Part shown: positions 45,195 to 55,713 of the stretch, in pieces
How positions within the stretch are numbered: position 1 is the stretch's first letter
How the letters are laid out: every line of letters begins with the position of its first letter
Origin: a virus
IMG/VR virus record: IMGVR_UViG_3300008120_000061
Coordinates: 1 to 64,000 of that record
DNA length: 64,000 nucleotides
Strand: one strand, 5' to 3'
Notes under the pieces: generated by a model
Seen by the model: only the letters and a program-made list of their open reading frames with translations
What the model was told of the DNA's origin: nothing
Database searches by the model: none
Translations under genes and position numbers: made by a program

Positions 45195-47010
45195 TGCTTA
45201 TATTATTTGTTTTCTCAATCTCTATCCGTGGTATTAGAGGGTGAGAGTAGTCATGTGATATTAAAAACACATTTAAGTCTTTTTCTTCTTGTAGCACCTC
45301 GAAAAGACGTTCTTTACCAGTTTCGTCTAGTACGCCTGTTATTTCGTCTAGAAATAGTAGGTTTATACTTTTTCCACCTATTTTTGAAAGTGTACCTCTA
45401 ACAGCTAACAATACAGAAGTTTGTACTCTAGAAAATTCTCCGCCTGAAAGAGACTCTATACTAACTTCTTCACCGTTATTAATTACTACAATGTTTAACT
45501 TATCACCTGTTAGTCTAAATAGGACTTGAAACTGTCCATCGCTTAGAAGCGCTAGATAATAATTAATACTCTCTTCAAGTTGTTTAGCCACATTTTCAAG
45601 TTTGTAGGCAACTATTCCAGAAGTAGAGAAAGCTTTTCTTAATATAGTTAAGTTACTTATCTCTTCTTGAATAATAACTATATCATTTTTTATTAGCTCT
45701 TGTCTAGCTTTAAAATCTCTAATTTGCTCTTTTAGGGCATCTATCTTAGCATTTCTGATTTTTACGCTATCGTTGTAAGTTATAGCTTCGTCTCTAGTTT
45801 TCTTTTGAGATTCGTATTTATTTTTTAACTCTCTTAACTTATTTGATATATTATTAAAATCTGGATATTCTTTAGGTATGCTAATATCAATCAACTGAGA
45901 TAGCTGAGTGAATCTATCTATAGCCTTTTGATTATCGTCATAAGCTTTTTTCTCTGCCTTATTCTTAGTTACTTTAGAGTTTAGTCTTTCAATTACTTTA
46001 TTTCTAGCAATCATGGACGTATCTAAGTCAGCTATTTCAGCAGCTAGTGCAGCGCTTAACTGAGTAGCCTTAGAGTTATCAATTGCTTGTTTACACGCGT
46101 AGCAATGGTCAGACGTATCTAAAGCTTTAATATCCTTTACAGCTTTGGCTTTTTGCGATTCTTCTTTATATACTAAGCTTTTTTCTTCTTCTAAAACTTT
46201 TACAATCTCAGTATCTAGCTCTGTATAAGTCATACCAATATCAAACTTTAAAACTTGTTGTTCTTGTATATACAGATTATTTTTATCAATTTTAGTGCAT
46301 ATAGACTTTTGTTCATTAATTTCGGATTGTAACTTATCTATTTCAGGTAATATTGATTCATCTAAGTTTGGAACTTCAATCAACTCAGCTCTTTCGGGCA
46401 ATTGATTCTGAGATAGGAACTGTTGAACGGTCTTAAGTTCGCCATTCTTACCAGCTAGTTCTTTTTCTTTAGCGCTGTTAAGAGTTTTTAGATTATCACC
46501 AATATCTAAGTACTTAGATAGATTAAATAGATTAACTAAGAATTTTTTTCTATTCGTATCCGTAGCTTTTAGAAATTCTAATAAATCAGTGCTACTTTGA
46601 TATGTTAGTTGACTGAACGTTTCAAAATCTCTACCAATCGAATTAGATAGTTCTTTGTATGTATCTAAGACTTTATGCTCACTAACATCTCCCCCATTTT
46701 TTATAATAGATACTTTAGTAGATGCACCCTGTCTTTTAGAAGTCAATTCGTATTCGTCACTATCAATACTAAATACAAGCTTAGCTTCCCAGGTCTTTGC
46801 ATTATTGTATTTATTCAATATATCAGACTTCTTTAAACCTTTTACATTTTTATTGTACAGTAGTTCTTGAATTATTAATGCTAGAGAGCTTTTACCGCTG
46901 CCGTTAGGAGCGGCTAATTGTGTTATTTTATTTTGATTTAGTATTAGTTTATTATTAGGACCATAACTAAACATATTACTAAATTCTAGTGTCTTTAATA
47001 CTACGCCCAT
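45181..47010 (-). CDS. SbcC/Rad50-like recombination ATPase (T5 D13-like)
   Basis: APNGSGKS, zinc hook CYAC, LSGGE, LLFLDE, ISH. Confidence 0.92.
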   Translation of the reverse strand: MGVVLKTLEFSNMFSYGPNNKLILNQNKITQLAAPNGSGKSSLALIIQELLYNKNVKGLKKSDILNKYNNAKTWEAKLVFSIDSDEYELTSKRQGASTKVSIIKNGGDVSEHKVLDTYKELSNSIGRDFETFSQLTYQSSTDLLEFLKATDTNRKKFLVNLFNLSKYLDIGDNLKTLNSAKEKELAGKNGELKTVQQFLSQNQLPERAELIEVPNLDESILPEIDKLQSEINEQKSICTKIDKNNLYIQEQQVLKFDIGMTYTELDTEIVKVLEEEKSLVYKEESQKAKAVKDIKALDTSDHCYACKQAIDNSKATQLSAALAAEIADLDTSMIARNKVIERLNSKVTKNKAEKKAYDDNQKAIDRFTQLSQLIDISIPKEYPDFNNISNKLRELKNKYESQKKTRDEAITYNDSVKIRNAKIDALKEQIRDFKARQELIKNDIVIIQEEISNLTILRKAFSTSGIVAYKLENVAKQLEESINYYLALLSDGQFQVLFRLTGDKLNIVVINNGEEVSIESLSGGEFSRVQTSVLLAVRGTLSKIGGKSINLLFLDEITGVLDETGKERLFEVLQEEKDLNVFLISHDYSHPLIPRIEIEKTNNISTIRS

Positions 47011-47969
47011 TATTTTATACCTAATTTAGAGAATAGCTCAAGTACGCTATTTTTATTGTCTACTTTAATAAAATCTAAATACAAACTAAGCTCTTCTAAT
47101 AATGATTTATCAGTTAAGTCTAACACAGAGTTTTCTGAAGGCTTATCTGCAATCTTTTTATCAAGCAGTTCATGATTTTTAATTTTACTTAGATTATCTA
47201 TTGTACCAGTAACTTCATAGACGACATGGTGAAACTTATCTGCTACTAGTTCAGTTGAGACATCTACTGTTTTTCTTATAAGCTTAGGTAGTTCTAAATC
47301 TACAAATTCAATAGAATAGTTTTTATCGTCTATATAGTTTATAATATTTACACCATACGCTCTACTGGCATCCCTATCAAATGTTGTATTAACAGGGCTC
47401 CCAGAATAGTACACATTATAATCTTTATACCTATGATTAAAATGCAAATCGCCTAATAGTGTTAATGGCCAAGGCTTCAACTTATCAAAATCAAATTCTG
47501 CAGTGATGTGTGGAGGAACTTCTCCGCGAATATGAGTTATAAGTATATCGCCTTCTACATATGTAGGAATATTACCTACTTGCATTTCTCCATAAGGAAA
47601 CAGCTGAAAGCCTTGACCATTAATTACTGTTCTAGCGTTTTTTGTGTGTAGTATGAAGTTATTATTGTTAATAGCATTTTCAGTTTCAAAGTGTTCTAAA
47701 AATGTATTACCTTTTGTAGACGCTTCATGATTACCTGGTATTGCTAAAGTAGGCTTTGTAACAGAGTTAGCATAGCTTAGAAATACACATATTTCATCTG
47801 TCTCTGGTTTTTTGTCAAATATATCCCCAGCTAGAACAACAACATCACAGTCTTGTTCTAGTTCTAACAGTTTCTGAAATAGTGCATTGAATCTATTTAA
47901 TTGCCACTCATACGGAATCTTCTTTTTGTGAAGATTTATATGAATATCTGCTACATGTAGTATTTTCAT
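47010..47969 (-). CDS. SbcD/Mre11-like nuclease (T5 D12-like)
   Basis: ADIH, AGDIFD, GNHE, THIRGEVPPH, GDLH, YSGSP. Confidence 0.92.
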   Translation of the reverse strand: MKILHVADIHINLHKKKIPYEWQLNRFNALFQKLLELEQDCDVVVLAGDIFDKKPETDEICVFLSYANSVTKPTLAIPGNHEASTKGNTFLEHFETENAINNNNFILHTKNARTVINGQGFQLFPYGEMQVGNIPTYVEGDILITHIRGEVPPHITAEFDFDKLKPWPLTLLGDLHFNHRYKDYNVYYSGSPVNTTFDRDASRAYGVNIINYIDDKNYSIEFVDLELPKLIRKTVDVSTELVADKFHHVVYEVTGTIDNLSKIKNHELLDKKIADKPSENSVLDLTDKSLLEELSLYLDFIKVDNKNSVLELFSKLGIK

Positions 47970-48862
47970 TATGCCCTTTGCAATATGTTTGCTAGATTAC
48001 CTTCAAATGTATAACTACCTACGTGATTTAGTTTAGTATTTGGGTCTACCCAAATCTCTCCGCCCATACGTTGCCATCTACGGCAGAACGCATAGTCTTC
48101 TGATAGATAGCGCCTATCAGTAGGATCAATTTCAGTATCCCAGAAAGCATAGCAATGTGGGTTAAACTTTGGATCAATAGATGAGTCGTTTTTATAATGA
48201 AGATCTGGATATTCTTTTACCATGCGTTCAATAACTTCGCGCTTTACGATAAAGAAACCGGTAGAAGCATCTAAAACTTCTACAGCACCCATATGAGTTC
48301 TTACTCGTCTGGTTTCAGGATCAGCTTTTAGATTGATAGCATAATCAGCACCATAAGTAGCTATCTGATCAGTTTTTCCTGATTGTACTGCGTTTTGAAC
48401 TTGACCCCAGTTTATTGTTTTCTTAGGGTATGCTCCTGCAATAATATCTTTATCCATAGCAAGCATTCTAATAACTGCATCAGGATCAAATTCGATATCA
48501 GCATCAATAAACATTAGATGAGTGCAGCTTCTATCTTCTAAGAACATAGCTGTTAGAATATTTCTAGCACGAGTTACTAGACTCTCATTTCTTAATGTGG
48601 TAATTCTAAAACGAATTCCATGCTGCATAAGAACTTGAGACATTCTGAACATACTTAAAAAGTATTGGTCAGTTACAGCTCCACCATAGCATGGAGTTGC
48701 AAAAAAGATATTCATTTTCCTTAAAAAATTCATATCAATAGTTACTTTATCCCCATCAATAGAGCTAAATCCAGCAGGTAGCTGGTTAGTATCAGACGGA
48801 GTAGTCGGGGCTCTTTCAAGCCCCGAATTTGCTGCTAAATCTTTTAAGGATTTCTTACTCAT
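47969..48862 (-). CDS. GT-A fold glycosyltransferase (GT2/Anp1-like)
   Basis: ATPCYGG, ESLVTRARN, MFIDADI (DxD), YLSEDYAFC, LNHVG. Confidence 0.75.
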   Translation of the reverse strand: MSKKSLKDLAANSGLERAPTTPSDTNQLPAGFSSIDGDKVTIDMNFLRKMNIFFATPCYGGAVTDQYFLSMFRMSQVLMQHGIRFRITTLRNESLVTRARNILTAMFLEDRSCTHLMFIDADIEFDPDAVIRMLAMDKDIIAGAYPKKTINWGQVQNAVQSGKTDQIATYGADYAINLKADPETRRVRTHMGAVEVLDASTGFFIVKREVIERMVKEYPDLHYKNDSSIDPKFNPHCYAFWDTEIDPTDRRYLSEDYAFCRRWQRMGGEIWVDPNTKLNHVGSYTFEGNLANILQRA

Positions 48863-49512
48863 AGATCTTCCATTCCCTCAGTGCTATTAAGATCTCCTGC
48901 AACTTCTTCTGTGAAGTAAGTAGTGTTCTTCAGTAGCCATTCTTTTTGTTCTTCGTAAGTTTGGCGCTTGAAAATAGTATCAAGGCTAAACAGTTCCATA
49001 TCTTTTTCATCTTTAGTCAAGGGTATGGTATTGCGACTAGGCATAACTGTATATTTTACGTTTTGTGGTTGTGGCCCAGTTTTTTCACGTTTAATCGTAA
49101 TATCGTAGCCATTATCAGGATCAGCAGGGCTACCATAGTCGGGGTTTGTAGCATAGTCTACCAATTGCTTATAGATAGTAGTTTTAAGATCCAATAGCTT
49201 AGGCTTGCCATCTTTTCTGTCGATTACGTTACAGATATAAGCAAATTGAGGCTTTTCTGAGTAGATATAATCAGGCAATTCTTTAATAGGATCTCTGCTA
49301 GAATTAAATTGCTCAGTCTCTCTATCGAAGCTCAAGCATTCAAGAGGATATTTTTTACCTTCATTTGTTACTACCCAATAAACATAACGAGGCATAACAG
49401 GTCCGACGAATCGTACTCTTGTTTCAGCTCCGTCAATACGAATTCTTTCAATATCGCGTGAGTTGTTAGATTGTGCTTGTGGTTTTTTAAGTTGTGTCCA
49501 GTCTCTTCCCAT
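48859..49512 (-). CDS. ssDNA-binding / recombination protein (T5 D11-like)
   Basis: RVRFVGPVMPRYVYWV, ECLSFDRETEQF, REKTGPQPQNVKY, acidic tail. Confidence 0.88.
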   Translation of the reverse strand: MGRDWTQLKKPQAQSNNSRDIERIRIDGAETRVRFVGPVMPRYVYWVVTNEGKKYPLECLSFDRETEQFNSSRDPIKELPDYIYSEKPQFAYICNVIDRKDGKPKLLDLKTTIYKQLVDYATNPDYGSPADPDNGYDITIKREKTGPQPQNVKYTVMPSRNTIPLTKDEKDMELFSLDTIFKRQTYEEQKEWLLKNTTYFTEEVAGDLNSTEGMEDL

Positions 49513-49514
49513 AT

Positions 49515-49946
49515 TTAGTTCTCCAGTGGAAATGTGATTTTATCTTTGATTTTTCTTATCAAAGGGTTTGTGTGGTATTGTGGTTCTACGTAGTGTTCAG
49601 GTATCCAGTTGTTTTTATTTACTATAGATCTCTGACTTAAAATATATAAATAATCGCTTTTTTCTTTAGCTGTAAATCTCATGTGTAAAAAAGAACAATC
49701 ACGTATATAGCTTTGTGGTTCAATTGTTTTGTAGTGAGAGAATACTCCAGTCCTATAAACTCCTATATATCCATAGTTAACCAAAGTACTCGGCATTTTA
49801 GTTAGTATTAGCTTTTTGCGTAATAACTCTAAACTACCAGATAATTGTTTTTTAGTTCCTATACATAGGGCGAATATCAGAATAAGCTGCGATTCTGGTA
49901 CTGTTGTTATAGAGTTTATCTCACACCAATTGTATTGTACTACCAT
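49515..49946 (-). CDS. Hypothetical protein at the T5 D10-D11 position
   Basis: Gene order; EPQSY, YILSQR, NPLI. Confidence 0.65.
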   Translation of the reverse strand: MVVQYNWCEINSITTVPESQLILIFALCIGTKKQLSGSLELLRKKLILTKMPSTLVNYGYIGVYRTGVFSHYKTIEPQSYIRDCSFLHMRFTAKEKSDYLYILSQRSIVNKNNWIPEHYVEPQYHTNPLIRKIKDKITFPLEN

Positions 49947-49973
49947 AATATAATTTTAAATAGCATTAGTCAA
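49945..49973 (-). promoter_or_regulatory. Sigma70-type promoter overlapping the adjacent start codon
   Basis: TTGACT-17 nt-TATTAT. Confidence 0.5.
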
Positions 49974-51642
49974 TATTAAAGTCACTATTAAATACTGTTT
50001 TAATTTCCTGACCTAATTGCTCAAATACTGAATTCCAATCTCTTAATTGTTTTTGTCTAATATTAGTAATAGATGGATACCAAGGGCTATCTTTTCTATC
50101 TAATAGCCATCTCCAATCAGGAGAGAAGGCGTGAAGTACGAATGTCTTAAGATTGGCGCTTCCTGCTAAATGAGCTATCATAGAATCTACAGTGACTATT
50201 ATCTTACATCTTTTTAGCAATACTAGAGTATCATCTAAATAATTTAGCTTATCACTGTGATAGTCTACATTTGGCAGCTTATTTATGTTTTCATCTTTAT
50301 CTAACTGTAGATTTAAAAACTTTAAGTTACTATGTTTAGTAATAAACTGTTCTATTAGCTGGGTAGGCACAGATCTGTTTATATCATTATGATGCGCTTT
50401 AGATCCTTGCCATAGTATACCAATATCATAGGTAGGTATTAACATCATATCACTGCTAATTTTATGTTCCTTAAAATTAGGTACAGCAGGGATAGTGTCA
50501 AGATTAGTTCTAAAAATTCTAGGTAAACTCATAAAAGATACTTTATAGGCATACTTAGAATAATCATTCTTATGCCATCCTCTAACATACGAGTCAGATA
50601 CGTAATCTTTATAGTTATTATGTAGAAACTCTCTAAAAGATTTTGGTTCAGACGTAGAGTCTTCCCATTTTTCATATTGATTAGCGATAACTTCTATATC
50701 AATGTTTGATGCTCTAGAATGTACTAATGGTAAATATCTTGAGAACTGCAACAAGTCGCCTAGCCCTTGTTCTTGATACACTAACAGCTTCTTATCTTCC
50801 GGTAGCTTTTCACCATTCCAATTAGGTATATTATAGTTTTTTAGTCCTTGAAATTGCTTAGTATTTAGTCTAAACTCACAAAGTCTCCAACCTTTTTGAA
50901 AATCACCTTTTAGCAGTTGTAACATACCTTCTTGATATAGAGAATCCATCACTACTTCATAGTCTTCTGATTTTTGAGCTTTTTGTGCGGCAATTATTGC
51001 TTCGTCAATTTTCAGTAAACTAGAATAGGCAGAGGCTAAGTTTTTATTAATTAAGGGATCACCCAGGTCAAACTCTTCAGCAGCTACTAATAGTGATACT
51101 GCTTCTGAATAGTTATGAGTAGATAACAGACTAGCACCCCACCCTGTTAATATATCTATTAACATACGTATATGCTCTTCTGAACTATTAAATTCAGCTT
51201 TTAGTAAATTATACGCTTTAGAAAAGTTATCAGTTGCTTTAAGTTGCTTACTAATATTACCTTTATACTTTTTACTTAGTACTAGTGCATAAGTTAGATA
51301 GTTTTGAGGTTTCTTAGAATTAAGTAGTAACAGTTGTTCTGCACATTCTTCTGCCTTACTAAACTCTCCAATTTCTAAATAGCTAGAAGCTAACCCAGTT
51401 ATTGCATCTTCATTTAACGGGTTCTTAATTAGGGACTGCTCAAAGCAGCTTATAGCCTTTACATGATCGTTCATAGCTTGAGCTTTCCAGCCTTTTAAAA
51501 AGAAAGAAAAATAGTGAATGCCACTCAGTTTTCTCTTAGTTAAATTAATAGCTTTATCGAAGCAACCGGTAGTAGCTAGGTCAATTGCAGCATTGATAGT
51601 TTCTAGTTCTCTAGTATTTCGTAATTTTGTTTTCTGTACCAT
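49966..51642 (-). CDS. TPR-repeat GT-B glycosyltransferase (GT9/FlmG-like)
   Basis: N-terminal TPRs; EQGLGDLLQFSRY, MSLP, GILWQGS, VDSMIAHLAG, DWRW..SPWYPS. Confidence 0.85.
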   Translation of the reverse strand: MVQKTKLRNTRELETINAAIDLATTGCFDKAINLTKRKLSGIHYFSFFLKGWKAQAMNDHVKAISCFEQSLIKNPLNEDAITGLASSYLEIGEFSKAEECAEQLLLLNSKKPQNYLTYALVLSKKYKGNISKQLKATDNFSKAYNLLKAEFNSSEEHIRMLIDILTGWGASLLSTHNYSEAVSLLVAAEEFDLGDPLINKNLASAYSSLLKIDEAIIAAQKAQKSEDYEVVMDSLYQEGMLQLLKGDFQKGWRLCEFRLNTKQFQGLKNYNIPNWNGEKLPEDKKLLVYQEQGLGDLLQFSRYLPLVHSRASNIDIEVIANQYEKWEDSTSEPKSFREFLHNNYKDYVSDSYVRGWHKNDYSKYAYKVSFMSLPRIFRTNLDTIPAVPNFKEHKISSDMMLIPTYDIGILWQGSKAHHNDINRSVPTQLIEQFITKHSNLKFLNLQLDKDENINKLPNVDYHSDKLNYLDDTLVLLKRCKIIVTVDSMIAHLAGSANLKTFVLHAFSPDWRWLLDRKDSPWYPSITNIRQKQLRDWNSVFEQLGQEIKTVFNSDFNID

Positions 51643-52913
51643 TCTAATCTGCCCTGTTGCTGATTATATACTATAGGGCCTGTTAGCCAAAAGTCTATAA
51701 TTAATGGATCTTTTTTATCTGGATGCCTTCTTAGAATACGCCCAATTCTTTGTTCTAGCTTTGCATAGTTATTTCCAGGGCAAGTGAACATAAGAGTATC
51801 TAATCTATGGCAACTAATACCTTCATCAAATATTTTTGTAGATAGTATGGCAGAATACTTAGTTCCTGCATTTTTTAGTATATCTTCTCTTTGAGCGTTC
51901 TTAGTACTACCAACTAATAATACACTATTAGGAATTCTAGACTGCAAATCTTCTAACATTTCTATGCGCTCACTTAATATAAGAGGGCATCTACCATGCG
52001 CTATTTTATCTCTTGCTACTTGAGCTATTAAATCTAAATAAGAAGTAGTCTTTGCTAGTTTAGTTAGTTGCCTAGTCCAGTCTCTGTTTGGATTTATTAC
52101 TCTAAAAGGTACTTGAGTTTGTACTAATTGTACTGATGCTGATAGCTTATCTACATTCTCTGCAATTATTCTATTTGGTCCGAAAAAGTCCGGTAATATA
52201 ATATGTAAGCCGTCTTTTCTAGTAGGAGTAGCACTTAGTGCAATCTTTACACGAGCATTTACCCCGTTTACAGCTCTGCTAAATGTTTCTGCTGGACACA
52301 AATGAGCTTCATCTACAAACAACACTTCAAACTGATCTAATACTTTATCTAGTCTAGTAAGCAAAGACTTATATATTGCTATTGTTATAGGCTTTATTGA
52401 TTCTTTACCGTCACCTATAAAACCTACTTCATCAACGTCTATCAATTCTTTTATAGCATCTAACCATTGGTATGCTAATAGTTTAGTATGACATATTATA
52501 ATAGTAGGTTTTTTATAATTCCCAATAAGATAAGTTCCTAAATAAGTCTTACCCCAGCCACAATCAGCTTTAATTAATCCGCTGTAAAGCTTGTTATTTT
52601 GTAATAGCTTATCTGCAACAGATTGTTGCTCAGCTCTTAGCCCACCTTTAAATGACCAGCTCTGTTTATCCGTGTTAGCTCTTAGATCTTCTAACTCTAG
52701 TATCTCTAGCTTATGCCAAGATCCACTGGGAACGCTACACATTCCAGTTTCTTCATCATACTCTAATGTAGAATAAAAGGTATCACCTAAATTATAGTTA
52801 AATAATACATATCTAAAGTCTTGAAAAGGAATATCTAATATATCGTCTCTATTAAAGTATATCTTATCAGAAATTGTAGCTTTACGTATTTTATATTTTA
52901 TCTTACTGTTCAT
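51603..52913 (-). CDS. SF2 helicase (T5 D10-like)
   Basis: CGWGKT, DEAH, SATPTRKDG, EGIS, QRIGRILR. Confidence 0.92.
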   Translation of the reverse strand: MNSKIKYKIRKATISDKIYFNRDDILDIPFQDFRYVLFNYNLGDTFYSTLEYDEETGMCSVPSGSWHKLEILELEDLRANTDKQSWSFKGGLRAEQQSVADKLLQNNKLYSGLIKADCGWGKTYLGTYLIGNYKKPTIIICHTKLLAYQWLDAIKELIDVDEVGFIGDGKESIKPITIAIYKSLLTRLDKVLDQFEVLFVDEAHLCPAETFSRAVNGVNARVKIALSATPTRKDGLHIILPDFFGPNRIIAENVDKLSASVQLVQTQVPFRVINPNRDWTRQLTKLAKTTSYLDLIAQVARDKIAHGRCPLILSERIEMLEDLQSRIPNSVLLVGSTKNAQREDILKNAGTKYSAILSTKIFDEGISCHRLDTLMFTCPGNNYAKLEQRIGRILRRHPDKKDPLIIDFWLTGPIVYNQQQGRLEWYRKQNYEILEN

Positions 52914-53419
52914 TATATATTTATTTCAGTAACATCCATTTTAAATGGTGTTACTTTGTATATCACCCATACTTTATCAATTTTTACTATTGTTAAATGT
53001 TGATTTAGTAGTTCTTTGCTATCAATTAGTTTTATAGGTAGTTCGAACGGATAGCTAACCGTAGGAACCCATACTGCATTTTTACTTACTTTAATTATTG
53101 GTAAGCTTTTAGATATAAATTTTTGTTTCTTACTTACGTCATATATCTTAGCTTTTGAATCTATCAGCCATTTTACAGGCTTATTAATCACATGAGTTAG
53201 ATTTAGACAGGTAGCATCAAAATTTATTTCATCAGACTTTACAGATAGATAGCGTTCTAGTACAGTCTTATTTCTGTCAAATCTGTCTATTATGTACCAG
53301 TCGTGAAATTCTCTTTTTTGTATTTGTATTGTATCAGTACCTATTTTATAATCAAAAGGTACTGAATACAATGCAAAAGCAGGAAACTTTATTCCATAAA
53401 ATTTACTTAGGTAACTCAT
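52913..53419 (-). CDS. T5-like hypothetical protein (between pol and D10)
   Basis: IKFPAFAL, IIDR, LIDSKAKI; gene order. Confidence 0.7.
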   Translation of the reverse strand: MSYLSKFYGIKFPAFALYSVPFDYKIGTDTIQIQKREFHDWYIIDRFDRNKTVLERYLSVKSDEINFDATCLNLTHVINKPVKWLIDSKAKIYDVSKKQKFISKSLPIIKVSKNAVWVPTVSYPFELPIKLIDSKELLNQHLTIVKIDKVWVIYKVTPFKMDVTEINI

Positions 53420-55649
53420 ATTTACTTAATTCACCCCAAGAAGGGCCAGCTTCCACGTCTACGACAATTGGGCATCCTGTAATAAATACACCTCTGTCTT
53501 TTTGTAGATTGGTTACTAGTGTCTTGGCATATAAAGGCAATAGCTCATTCTTAACTTCAGCAACTACTGAGTCATGCACAGTAGCAAAAAGCTTAATATC
53601 ATCTTGAAGTTTATTCTCTTTTACCCAGTTTACAGTGTCAATCAACCCATAAATGTTAATATCGCTGGCAACACTCTGAATTAAGAAGTTTAGACCGCTG
53701 CGAGCGGCGTGAGCGGCAACGCCTTTATTATCAGATCCTACTTCTGGAAGTCTACGCTTTCTGCCGAATGCGCTATAAATAAAGTAGTTTGTTTCAATTG
53801 TAGAAAGACATGCGTCAATCCACTTGCGAAGGCTACTAGCTTCTCTAAAATACTTCTTAATAAAGTCTTTGGCTTCTTCCATAGTGATATTAGCAGTTTC
53901 ACTAATTTTAGAAGGACCAGCACCATACAAAATACCGAATGTAATAGCTTTAGAATACTGTCTCAAATCTGGATACAGATCTTTTACTTCGCCTACCGCA
54001 CAATCTAGCTTAAACATATTTTTAGCTACATAAGAGTGGAAGTCTAGTTTTTGAATAAAAGCCTGTTGTAGAAACTTATCGTTAGACAGTGCAGCTGCAA
54101 CATACACTTCGGCAGTACCTAAGTCGGCTTGAACAATACTATATCCTTCTCTAGCCTTAAAGATCTTTTTGATACCAGCATCTTTATCTCTAGGAAGATT
54201 CTGATAGTTAAGAACACCACTAGAACTTAAACGTCCAGAAGTAGTACCAGTAAGGTTAAAGCTCGAACGTAGACGAGAGTCGTTGTCCACTCCATCTTTA
54301 ATGTTTTTTAGATAGGTTTGACTTAGTTTAACTTTTTTACGAAGATCTAGAATTGCATCAGTAATAGGATGTTTAAGTTGTTCAAGTACTTCTGCGTCAG
54401 TACTAAAAGCACCTGTATCAGTCTTCTTAATAGGCTTTAGTTTTAGAATATCGAACAGCACTTGTCTGAGGTGGTACACACTATTAGGATTAAAAGTTTT
54501 ACCAGTAATCTCTTCAAACTCTTGAATAGCAGGATCAAATGCTAATTCATTCATAGTCTCTTCAATATCAATTCTATAATCTTGAATAAGATCGTCTAGA
54601 ATATCAATGCTAATAGGGCCACCATTCGACTCTAAGTGAATGATAGACATGATAGCAGGTTTCAGAAGATCATTATACAACGTAACAAAATTAGGATTCT
54701 TATCAATTATAGGCTTGAACTTTTTATATAGCTGCATAGTACCATCACCATCCTTACAGCCATAAGGTGCAAGAATTTCTGGCGGTAACATGCCATAGTT
54801 AAAATCTTCTAGTTTAACTTTGTGCTGTCTAGCCCAAGCTTTCTTATAATCATCTAGCTCTTTTTCATAGTCGCCTAGATCAGTATATTTCATAGCAAGT
54901 TGCTTAAGACCGTGAGTACCTACACTTTCGTCTAAGCAGTAATGCATTAACATGGTGTCTTCGAAGTCTGGAAACTCAAAACCATATTCATACCCAATAA
55001 ATTGAATATCGAACTTTGCGTTGTGAAAAACACACTTAGTGGTTTTGAAAAGTTCTTCAAACTCATCATAGTAATGCTCAATAATATGGGCGTCAGCATA
55101 TACGCCTTCATGAGGCGCTGTACTAAATACAAATCCTAGAATATTACCCTTTCTAGGGGATAGACTAGATGTTTCAGTATCGACAGAGATAACATCTGCT
55201 TGTTGTAGCTTTTTTAAGTAGGGCAGAAAATCTATTTCGTCTGTATAATGAGTATAAGACTTATTATGCACTAAAGGTTGCTCACCAGAAACAATACTGT
55301 TGAGCTTAGCAAAAGCTTTCTTAATATCATCCGCATACTGTGGCTTAATAAATACCATTCCAGGATCTAGAATAGGAATAAACTTTTCATTAAGTACGTG
55401 ACCATTATATTTCATAATACCTGTGACACCACAAGCATACTTTAGAGAGTCTCCGCCTACAGGGCAAATAATATCATACTGCTCAAAAATAGACATATCT
55501 AAATCTACGTCTTTTTTGAGAATTTTTTCTTTGGGTTCCGAACTTAGATAAACAACGTCAAATTTAATTTTATTGTTATATTCTTTTAAAACAGTTGGTA
55601 CAGCATTTTTTAATGGGGAAGGTAAGACTAGTAGAAATTTGTGTGTCAT
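53403..55649 (-). CDS. polA: Family A DNA polymerase with 3'-5' exonuclease
   Basis: VDTETSS, HNAKFD, TGAFSTD, TTSGRLSS, ADLGTAEV, SKAITFGILYG, VHDS. Confidence 0.96.
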   Translation of the reverse strand: MTHKFLLVLPSPLKNAVPTVLKEYNNKIKFDVVYLSSEPKEKILKKDVDLDMSIFEQYDIICPVGGDSLKYACGVTGIMKYNGHVLNEKFIPILDPGMVFIKPQYADDIKKAFAKLNSIVSGEQPLVHNKSYTHYTDEIDFLPYLKKLQQADVISVDTETSSLSPRKGNILGFVFSTAPHEGVYADAHIIEHYYDEFEELFKTTKCVFHNAKFDIQFIGYEYGFEFPDFEDTMLMHYCLDESVGTHGLKQLAMKYTDLGDYEKELDDYKKAWARQHKVKLEDFNYGMLPPEILAPYGCKDGDGTMQLYKKFKPIIDKNPNFVTLYNDLLKPAIMSIIHLESNGGPISIDILDDLIQDYRIDIEETMNELAFDPAIQEFEEITGKTFNPNSVYHLRQVLFDILKLKPIKKTDTGAFSTDAEVLEQLKHPITDAILDLRKKVKLSQTYLKNIKDGVDNDSRLRSSFNLTGTTSGRLSSSGVLNYQNLPRDKDAGIKKIFKAREGYSIVQADLGTAEVYVAAALSNDKFLQQAFIQKLDFHSYVAKNMFKLDCAVGEVKDLYPDLRQYSKAITFGILYGAGPSKISETANITMEEAKDFIKKYFREASSLRKWIDACLSTIETNYFIYSAFGRKRRLPEVGSDNKGVAAHAARSGLNFLIQSVASDINIYGLIDTVNWVKENKLQDDIKLFATVHDSVVAEVKNELLPLYAKTLVTNLQKDRGVFITGCPIVVDVEAGPSWGELSKYELPK

Positions 55650-55684
55650 GAGTTCTCTTTGTGGTTATGTGTAACATATTAGTT

Positions 55685-55713
55685 ATAATATTACAGATTT
55701 AAGCATTCGTCAA
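55685..55713 (-). promoter_or_regulatory. Sigma70-type promoter for pol
   Basis: TTGACG-17 nt-TATTAT. Confidence 0.75.

Noticed and set aside
45142-45200. Cobalamin riboswitch upstream of nrdJ
   Set aside because: Only 39 nt intergenic and no B12 box; a single hairpin
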